64,000 nt of DNA, taken from the NCBI GenBank assembly GCA_964252035.1, contig OZ176203.1; one strand, written 5' to 3'. The notes under the pieces were generated by a model. The model worked only from the letters and a program-made list of their open reading frames with translations. It was not told where the DNA came from and made no database searches. Positions 36,068 through 46,200 of this stretch are shown here, in pieces. This DNA is from Podarcis erhardii (Eukaryota). Within the stretch, counting starts at the first letter, position 1, and every line of letters starts with the position of its first letter. A program made the position numbers and the translations under genes.

Positions 36068-36746
36068 TCAAGTTCCCCTTATGTCCTCCTGCAGTTTCTG
36101 CATGTAACAGAAGCCAACTGCAATTTTCCTGTGTTAGGAAATCACTGTGTTGGGTAATCCCAGCAGTCTAAGAAAACCAGACATTGCCTTTCCCCCTTAA
36201 AACATGTATCAATTTTAAAAAAATAAAAAAATCAAGCAGGCAAAACTTCAGAATGCAGTTAAAAGGTCTTCAAGGCCTTAGGAGCCTCGAGTCCCAAGAG
36301 CTCCCCACAGAGACCCCCTGGCCAGACCGCCTAAGAAAAAGGAGAGGGCGGGGCCTTGAAGGCTCCGCCCAGGAGCAGCCACGCCCCCTTTGGGCACCTC
36401 GAAGATTTGCCGCGCTCCTATAAATGCCGCTCAAGAGCGCCGACAGACACAAGCTGGGCTTTTCCCCGGGGGCGCGGGTGGGCGTCGCCGCCGCTGGCGG
36501 TATCAGTGGGGACAGCGCTCTTGGCTGCGGCGCACCCAAGAGCGCCCCCTGACGGGCAAGCGGCACCTTTAGGAGCCAAGTGACAGGGCGAGCACCGGCC
36601 CGCGCGCCAGGCGCTGCCAGCAACCCTGCGGGAAGCTTTCCGGGCAGCTTTCCTGACGGGAGAAAGGAGTCGCCGGCCTTTTCATCTCTCTTCTCCCGCC
36701 TCTGGCGCGGCGGCGGCGGCGGCGAAGTTTGTTTTGGCCCAGCGGG

Positions 36747-36776
36747 ATGAGTCTGCCTCCCTCCTTCGCGCCCTGA
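36747..36776 (+). other. uORF (MSLPPSFAP*) in the MAP3K15 5' leader
   Basis: Only ATG between about 36450 and the main start; G at -3; stop is 54 nt before the main ATG and in the same frame. Assumes the TSS lies upstream of 36747. Confidence 0.55.
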
Positions 36777-36830
36777 GGGCGGGGGCCCCCTTCGCCGACT
36801 TCTCCGGGCGCAGCCACCCGCTTTCGCCCC

Positions 36831-37212
36831 ATGGAGAACCCGGCGGGCGGCGGCACCACCGTCCCAGCTGCAGCGCCCGCGGAGCAACAGCCCCAGCCGC
36901 CGCCGCCGCCGCCTGCAGCCGGAGCGAGCGCGGGGGACTCGTCGGAGCAGCCCGGCGGCGCCGAGGCGCTGGCGCCGGGCTCCGAGGTGGTGCCGGAGGG
37001 CAACGGGCCGGTGCTTCGGCAGCGCTCGCTGCGGGCGGTGTACGTGCTCAACGACGGCCCCAAGGGCGGCTCGGGGGCGCGGAGCCCCGAGGCCGGCGCG
37101 CTGCAGTGCCTGGCGCGGGCTTGCGAGGCCGAGGGAGCGCAGCTCAGCACCGTCAACTTTGGCGAGCTGGACTTCGGCGAGACGGCCGTGCTGGACGCCT
37201 TCTACGACGCGG
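36831..37212 (+). CDS. MAP3K15: MAP3K15 exon 1 coding part (MENPAGGG...ETAVLDAFYDA)
   Basis: ATG at 36831; donor GCGG|gtgagt; 382 nt, phase 1; Pro/Ala-rich N-terminus followed by the start of the thioredoxin-binding-like domain. Confidence 0.95.
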
Positions 37213-40200
37213 GTGAGTGAGGGCAGCTGGCGGAGGGGCAGCCCCTCTGCCCAGGGGAGGGGGCGAAAGCGAGGCGCCGGCTCCCTCAGCAACAGGCGCC
37301 CCCCTGCCTGCCGGGCGGCGTGTTTTCGCTCAGCAGCTGAGGAGAAGCTTGTTTCCTTGGCAGGGCGAGGGGCGCCCAAGCCAAACACCTGTCCTGCGGC
37401 CCCGAGGGCAAGCGAGGCAGCGGGGACGCTCGGCAGGTCTTTGAAGACTGGAATCGCTGGTTAAAAACAAAACCAAAGCCCTTTCCCCGAGGTGCGGGCG
37501 CGCCCTCTGATCTGGTGGCGCCCTTTGGCCCTTTATCCCAGGAAGGTTGTCTCGGCGCCAAGAGATCACAGCTTCCCCTCTCCCGCAATACGTGTGGATT
37601 TCTAAGGACCTCTGTGCAATGAATGAGGAGAGGGCTCTTGTGCTTTTAGAAGTTGTGCCGAAAGGCGGGAGGGGTTGATTCCTGCAGGCGCCGCTTTTCT
37701 CAACTTTGCAAGAGGACCCGCTACTTCCGATGCTGCACGGCTAGCGTCGGAAGCGCAGGAGCCCGGCCTTTCTTTGCTGCTGCCACTGGCAGGGGTGCCA
37801 ACTTGAAAAAAATATTGGGCGTGAGGTGGGGGGCAGGCGAGCCCAGCTCTGCATAATCAATCACGTGACACGGTGCATGCACACTTTTTGAATGGCAATG
37901 CTCATCAATTTGGGGGGGGGGGGGGCAGCCCTTTCAAATATTTTATATTTGGAGGAGGGGGCGAAGTGAACTCGGCCCCTAGGAGTTGGCACCTGTGGGC
38001 ACTGACGACCCCATGTTCCGGTATCAGGTTGTGTGTGTATGCAAATGTTTTAAAAGCTTCTATTTAAATATATTTCCAGCTGTGAAGCCTCCTGCTGTTA
38101 AGAAGGCAGTTTGCAATGAAGAGGAGGTTGGCATGCATGCTTAACGCGCTGCTTTCTCCTCGTAAACCGTCTAGGTGCAAGATAAAGTGCACCGTTGCGG
38201 TAAACGGATGGGGAGGGAATCTAAGTATCTCCTCACTGTTCCAAAAAACACCTCCCTCCCCCCCGCCCGCCCGCCCGCCCGCCCGTAGTTTAGCAGCAGT
38301 GAAGAAGGTTCTCGGGGTTTACTTTCACGTGTAACCTCATGTTGTGGGGAAAATGCATTATGTACATGCATGGAGGCAATAAGCCTAGTATTCCTTCACA
38401 TCTTCCAAGACAGTGCCTATTGCAAACAAGTTACATGGCCAAGTCCTGAAACTAGCAGGGAAGTACAGAATAGGAAGGAAGTGACATGGAGATGCTCATT
38501 TGCTGTCCTTGAGCAATAGACATTTCAGTCTCAGTTTGTGCAAATAGAATGGTAGTGGCTAAGCAGGGTTGTGAGGATATACACCACAGAAGAAGCCCTG
38601 CAAAGAGCTTTGTGCAGCTGAAGAAGCAACATAAGCAAAGCTTAAGGGAAACCAGGATAATCAGCCATCATATTTCAAAATGTGCAGTGAAAGCACAATA
38701 CAGGGGCAATTGTAGGGCCCCATGTTCCTCAGTAGGGTCTGCCAGGGTGGGCACCTTGCTTGCCCCCACCCCAGCATGCACCACCACTAGTCCTCCTTGG
38801 TGGGTAGGGCAGCTGCCAGCCTCCTGCTTATGTGCTTGCCCCCCCCCCCATTGCTCACAGAAGATGCTCATATGGCTACAGCTGGGGGACCCAACTGGAA
38901 ATGTGTGTTGGGTGGAATTGGCATGGGGCACCCACAAAGGCAGCCTGCCCAGGCCCTCCCCAAACTCTAGATCTGTGTCTGGTAAATCCCATTGTGTTCA
39001 ATGGGACTTTCATGGCCAGGTAAAATATGTAAGCTTTCTGTCTTAAACATAGTTTTTCACAACGTCAGGGATGAGAAACCTGTGGCCCTTCAGATGTTGC
39101 TGGACTGTGGCTTTGATAATCCCTGACCAATGGCCATGCTGACCGGGGCTGATGGGGAATGAAGTCCAACATCATCCAAACAGCCACAGGTTGACCACCA
39201 TTGCTTTCCTGTGTAGTACACCTTAATGGGACCTTAGTTTGGCTTCTTGCAAAACTTACAATGTCTTTAATGAATCAACAGAGGCTCTCTTGCAAAGCAA
39301 GAACACATAGGAATGACTGAACTAGTGATCATCCACAAATCTAGCATTCTTTCTCCAGTAATGCCTGTAGAGACCAGAATCAGCCAGATAGCCCTGGAAG
39401 TTCACAAGCAGCCCATGAAGGCCATAGTCATCTCTGTTGTTTGTCCCCAGCATCTTGTGTTCAGAGGTACACATACTGGCTAAGCATGGAGGTTTCATTT
39501 GGCTTTTATGGAAAAATGCCATTGAGAGCTCTCTCTTCCATGAGTGTGTTTAAAGAAGGGATGCTTTGGGCAGGGAGAGAGAGTTTGTTCTTGGAATCTT
39601 GTAAGAAGAATTATGCATTTGTAAAGGAAGTATGAAGATTATCCCTAAATATTCTGTAGAATCATTTGTTACTATGAGCCAGATCCTGCCACCTTGTAAT
39701 AAACCATTACGTGGCTTCGCTTACCTCTCTTCTAAGGACCTTGTTTTCTTTATTTATTATCTTTTCATTCTGGGATAAGGCGAGAGGTTGTGCTCTGTCT
39801 GTTAGCATACTGAACTAGAAGGCTTTATAACTAGGCAGATAAAGACGTGAAAGAACAGCTATTTCCAGTAAGCATTTGGATGAAGGACTGGGGGGAAAGG
39901 AGAGAAGAGAAACTTTCCTGTTACTCTGCTGCCAGCTCCATGCTACTATAATAAGGTAAAGGACTCCTGGACTGTTAAGTCCACTGAAAGGCTACTATGG
40001 GGTGTGGTGCTCATCTGCTTCAGGTCAAGGGAGCCAGTGTTTGTCCACAAACAGCTTTCTGGGGCATGACTGAACTGCTTCTGGCGCAATGGGACACGTG
40101 ATGGAAACCAGAGCACACAGAAACGCTGTTTACCTTTCCACTGCAGCTGTACCTATTTATCTACTTGCACTGGTGTGCTTTCAAACTGCTAGGCTGGGAA

Positions 40201-43200
40201 AAGCTGGGACAAAGCGACGGGAGCTCACCACCACTAGCAAGCCCAAGAGTCTCAGTGGTTCAGACCACCCGTGTCCCTTGCTATTGTATTAGCAGTGATG
40301 GTGTGAGTATCTTCAGTTTAGGACTGAGAAAGGAGAGCCCCCCTCCCTATTTTCTCTGCTCCATAGTCCTTTACCTATGCCACTCTCAACAGGGCTGATC
40401 CTATTGTCCTACTAACTCATTTGTTCTTTGCATCTGATCAGCATAGTGATGTTATTCTTTAACAATAAAGGTGAAATGCATTCTGTTCCTTAATCACAGA
40501 GACTTTCTCTTGGGTTTTAATCAAAATGCAAAGCAACACCAGGTTCTGTTGTTAAGCACAAATGTGTATTATGGGCCAACTTTCTGCCCTGTTTAATACT
40601 GTTATCTAAAAGGAGTTTCTAAGTATCTGCATGACTGGATGATACAGATAGTTTATTTAAAGCATACCTTAGTTCAGTTGAAAAGTATTTTCTGGGAAAT
40701 GAATTGGTTTAGAATATGATAATCAGATCCCCCCCCCCATATTTACACTGGACTCCAAATTATTATACTTGCCTCTTTCTATAAGCTTTTATTGAAGCCT
40801 ACACATGTAACTGAAAAATCAGCCCTGTTAATGGGGCTTCACATAACAAACTGCATTTCTTTTACTGTTGTTATGTACAGTATTTTTCCGTGTATAAGAC
40901 TAGTTTTTCTCCCTTTAAAAAATGTAAAAAATTAGGGGGCATCTTATACATGGATGCTTCTTATAGACGGAAAAATATGGTAACTAATGCTGCAGACCTG
41001 TGGACTTTTACCTGGAAGTAAGTCCCATTGGATACAATAGGATTTGCTCTTGAGTAAACATGTGTAAGCTTGTGCTGCCTATTTGTTTAGAAACCTCAAA
41101 GGAAAAGGGGGGAAATGAAGTTGGCAAAGCACCATGCAAAATTAATTACTACAGTTGTTTCAGAACATTCATCAAATCTGCAGGTGGAAAGAAAGTCAAT
41201 ACCTTGCTCAGTTTATTCTGTGGAAAGATGCATCTCTTTATTATTTTACACACTTGCAAAAACCCCTGCAAAAAACCACTTTGACCCTGACATTTCAGCT
41301 ATGAAAGAAATTAAGCCAAAAAAAGCATTACAGAGAGTTTAATTGTTCTCAAGTTCCAGGTCATCTTAACTTTCCTATATTTAAAAAGTATATAAAGTGA
41401 AATAACAGTCAATGGCTTAAGGTTTTGTTTTGTTTTGTTTTTAATAAGGTGACACTGCTTCAAAGAGATAGAAGGGACATACTTTTCTTGTGGTTAAAAT
41501 AACATTTGCATTAACATCCAAGTACAGGGGTAAGAGGCAAATGATTTATTCATTTAGCTTTTACATACTATTGCTTAGCCTGCAATAGTTATAGTTCCAG
41601 TGGTTAAAACCCTGCTTACATATGCATGCTTTGTTTTGCAGAGCATTTAAAGCACAGCTTCCCTACCCCTGCCTTAAAGCAATTTAAATCACAGTCGTGG
41701 GAAATTGCTATAAAAATCCAAATTTCGATGAGCTTATCTTTTGCTTCCTCATAACTTTTAATTAAGTGCTGGTTCGTACATGGAAATATTCGAGCATTAT
41801 GTTACTAGCACTTTATTTAAAAGCTTTTCGTTGGCCATATTAATTTATGGGTCTTTACAGATAACAGGTATGGTGACAGTTACAGATAGGTAGCCGTGTT
41901 GGTCTGCCATGGTCAAAACAAAATAAAAAAATTCCTTCCAGTAGCACCTTAAAGACCAACTGAGTTAGTTCTAGGTATGAGCTTTCGTGTGCATGCACAC
42001 TTCTTCAGATACACTGAAACAGAAGTCACCGGACCTTTCTATATAGTGAGAAGGTGGTGAGGGGTATCACTCAGAAGGGTGGTGGGAATGGGTGATTGGC
42101 AGATAGCTGCGATGAGCCTGTTGACGACTCTTAACGACTGCAATAGGTCTAACAGGAAAAAGCAAGGGGTGAGAAGGTGAAAAATGGCTTTGTCATGTAT
42201 AATGAGATAAGAATCCAATGTCTTTATTCAAACCAGGTCTCTCCATAGTTTTAAGTTTGGTGATAAGTTGCAATTCAGCAGCTTCTCTTTCCAGTCTATT
42301 TCTGAAATTCCTTTGTAATAGAACAGCTACTTTGAGATCTGGCCTGTTTGTCCAATATAGAGAGCTGAAGGACACTGTTGGCATTTGATGGCATACACAA
42401 TGTTAGATGATGAGCAATTAAATAGTCCCAAGATGGTATGTGTGATGTTGTTGGGGCCAGTAATGGTGTTGTCCGGGTGCATGTGGCAGCAAAGTTGGCA
42501 TCTGGGTTTATTGCAGGCTCTGGTGCCAGTGTCCGTGTTAAGGTGGGGAGGGGTATTACTCAGAAGGGTGGTGGGAATGGGTGATTGGCAGATCATCAAC
42601 AACATCACACATACCATCTCGGGACTATTTAATTGCCATCAAATGCCAACAGTGTCCTTCAGCTCTCTATATTGGACAAACAGGCCAAACCTTACGCCAA
42701 AGGATAAACGGACATAAATCTGACATCAGGAATCACAAGACAGAGAAACCAGTAGGAGAACACTTCAATCTCCCAGGACATTCTATACAAGATCTCAAAG
42801 TAGCTGTTCTATTACAAAGGAATTTCAGAAATAGACTGGAAAGAGAAGCTGCTGAATTGCAACTTATCACCAAACTTAAAACCATGGAGAGACCTGGTCT
42901 GAACAAAGACCTTGGATTCTTATCTCATTATACATGACAAAGCCATTTTTCACCTTCTCACCCCTTGCTTTTTCCTGTTAGACCTATTGCAGTCGTTAAG
43001 AGTCGTCAACAGGCTCATCGCAGCTATCTGCCAATCACCCATTCCCACCACCCTTCTGAGTGATACCCCTCCCCACCTTCTCACTATATAGAAAGGTCCG
43101 GTGACTTCTGTTTCAGTGTATCTGAAGAAGTGTGCATGCACACGAAAGCTCATACCTAGAACTAACTCAGTTGGTCTTTAAGGTGCTACTGGAAGGAATT

Positions 43201-46200
43201 TTTTTATTTTGAGGTATGGTGACAGATACCATCAGTGGAGCCTTGGCTACTCCTTACCCATTATGAAGATGGTAGACTTACATATGGTAGAAGTTGAGAT
43301 AAGGAAGGCTTGAGTTGCAGGGGGTAACAGTGAAGATTGTGAAATGACATAGGGATATTGACACAGGTTTCCGCAACCTTGTTCTAGAATGAATGCCTTA
43401 TCTGATAGACCGCATAATGTTCTTGTGTGATGAGAGGAAAGCTGTTGTTTCATTCTACCCCAGGCTTCCTCAACCTTGGCCCTCCAGATGTTTTGAGACT
43501 ACAATTCCCATCATCCCTGACCACTGGTCCTGCTAGCTAGGGATCATGGGAGTTGTTGGCCAAAAACATCTGGAGGGCCGAGGTTGAGGAAGCCTGTTCT
43601 ATCCCTTAGAAAAGCACAGAAGTAGTTTGAGATACATTATATGTTTTTGTTGACAAGACATCCTGTATAGAGCCAATGTTTTGGTGTAGCTGTTTTTATT
43701 ATTGAAAGAGAAAGCTCCGTCAGGCAAATTTTATTTTGGGTTTCAATGCAATATAAGGTAGCTGTCTAAAGGTAAGATTGTAAATTGGCATGTTACCTTT
43801 TCATCTTGACAGTGTGGATAAGCTTTTGGTTGTATCTGATTTCATTGTGTAGTTACAACATATCCAGGAATAAAGATATTACTTTCTTATCTCATGCTTT
43901 CCTGGGGGTGGTGGGGGTTGGCCTTCGTAGAAAAATAATGTATAGAGCCATATTAAGTTTAGGATGATTAATAGGAATTATAGATCAAAGAATATTTGCA
44001 GTAGCAAGGTTGCTATGTAAATCTTGGGTAAATAGTTGATTAAGTTGCAATAGAATTGATATATTATATTGGGGTAATGCTGTTGCTGTAGCACATTTGA
44101 CCTGAGTAGGTCAAAATACTAAAATAAGATCTGCCACTTGATCAGTTCAGGTTCACTCTTCATCCCACTGAAATTAACTTCAATTGTTTGGAGTAAATAG
44201 TAAGACTGATTTTAAAATATGCTGCCATTATGTAGTAATTGAAACAAATTGTCTGAGGAGCAGATGCAATTCATTTGATACCTGAATGTAGAAAATAAGC
44301 AGCTTTGCTATTTTTAGCAAGTGATGAGTGTTCCAGGAGAATGATGATAGATGGAGTGTTTGGGTACAATTGTAACTCTACACCATAGTCTTGGGATATA
44401 TTTAGGAAAAGCACTGTTTGATTATGCCTGTTACTTCATGCAGGCTCAATTCACTTTATATGCCTTTGCAGAATCATATGTAAGCTTGGTTCACAACGTG
44501 AGCCAAGTTATAATTTGTTTAAATGAAATGTATTGTGGGAATAAACAACTTGGGTTTTTATTATAATATTTTGCAGAGAAACCTTCTTAAAACAACAACT
44601 AGTGTTAAGGTAATGGATTGCACACACTTGTTTTTCTCTGATGATAGAAGGTTCTTTGATCCAGCAGAAGCTTCCACGAATGAAAATTGCGCAGGAGGTG
44701 ATTTCTTCTGATTCCCCCTTTCATCCTACAGTCTCCTGCACCACCTCCCAGGATCCCCAAGCCTGTAGAGCAGATGGTGACCAGGGGCGAATTGGCAGAA
44801 ATAACTCCTCACCTCCACCGCTTCTTTCCCTCAGAAAAGAATTGCTTCTCTACTTTCGTTGTGTGCTTGGTGTCTCATCCAGTGGAGCTTTGTAGGGGGT
44901 ATTTTGCACACTGGTACCTTCTTATAGCTTGTTGCGACTTTATTTGCAAGGATATAAACAACCTGCATCTATAAGGTTCTAGACACTGCTACTGTAGCAG
45001 GTCGGTTTCTGGAGGCTTCCATAGTGTCATGTGTTAATGGATGAGTTTCAGTTGATAAGACTCAAGTATATGGACAAGGTGCTAGACAGTAGCAGGTTGC
45101 TACTTGTGTTCTTGCCCAGGAGACTGCCAGCTGGGCCAAGGAGATGATGACTACCTTTCTGAGAGAAAGTGGTGCCAGGTTGCCTGAAAGAGGCATCAGG
45201 GAGACCAGTTCTTAAGAGACCTTCCTTAGACTCAGAAGATCTGAATATAGTCCCGTTGCAAATGTCACCTTCCTGGGCAAGGTTCTTATGTGGCTCGTAA
45301 TAGACCAACTACAGGCACTCTTGAATGAGTCAAGCACTTACGGACTGCCTGAAGGTATGTGGCTGGCCACAGTTGGAAACACTATTCTGGCTTATATTAA
45401 TTAGGTTACTGGGTGAGTTTGTGACACAGATAACATTTCCAGATCACAATATCCATGATGCTATGCCCATTGTTAAATTTTGATTTCTAAATAGTGGCTG
45501 TAACTAGTTAATAGGATCATATATGAACACTCTCGGTTATAATATTCATGATAGAACATATGAAGCCATGTGATACAGATTCAAATCATAGGTCCACCTA
45601 GCCCAGGGTTGTCCCAATTGTCACCAGCTATCCAGGTTCTTAGTCGTACTTAGCCAGACCTGCTTCTTCATCTTCTCATTTGAGATTCAGTTATTCTGGG
45701 AACGTTGGCATGCAATACATGGACTCTGTTATGGGATTGCAGTCCCTCCCATTTATTAGAGATCCATGTAGATAAATGGTCTTCCCACAGCACTTCATAT
45801 GAACCAACTGTTTGGCTAGAGGGATGGTATTTGTTTCATAAGGAATTGCAAGGTGAAAAATAAACCCTGTTTCAATAAACTATGTATGGGTCATCAGCCA
45901 TGCTGCATTGTACAGTGCTAATCGATGAACACATTGTATAAATGCTCTCATCAGGAAAGTGATCTGCTTTCATGGTATTCAGTCTCCAGAGCGTACACAA
46001 GCACAAACCCCATGTAGACTTATTTTGTTACAGCTGTCCCCTCCCCCCCAATATAAATGAATAAAACACCACACTGGCAATCATTTAAGTTTCCTTTGGC
46101 AATTTTTATTTTTGCTGTGTGGCTCTGATGAAATGTGATGAGATGTAAGTATAAGTCTTTGCCAGTTTGGAGGGATTGGCTATGTGACATCATAGTGTTA

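Larger units (their letters stand above)
36285..37760 (+). promoter_or_regulatory. MAP3K15: CpG island / promoter of MAP3K15
   Basis: Abrupt switch to very GC- and CpG-rich sequence; GC-box-like motifs near 36346-36370; TATAAA at 36419-36424; (GGC)5 near 36709-36723; spans exon 1. Confidence 0.85.
41880..43211. mobile_element. Penelope-like retroelement insertion (GIY-YIG endonuclease 3' part + pseudo-LTR), arranged as an inverted duplication
   Basis: ORF 42581-42937 has the GIY-YIG motifs (AIKCQQCPSALYIGQTGQTLRQRINGHKSDI...VGEHFNLPGHS...ELQLITKLKT..PGLN); NIVYAIKC is on the - strand. Arms 41919-42340 and 42790-43211 are reverse complements. 14-bp TSD AGGTATGGTGACAG at 41866-41879 and 43212-43225. 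Confidence 0.93.

Noticed and set aside
36270-37388. 372-aa ORF on the - strand and other long ORFs overlapping the CpG island (36569-37156, 36734-37216)
   Set aside because: Shadow ORFs of very GC-rich sequence; low-complexity Arg/Ala/Pro content, no domain; the true frame is MAP3K15 exon 1.
44315-44360. Two RTGATGA box-C-like motifs
   Set aside because: No properly spaced box D with a terminal stem; not supportable as a snoRNA.
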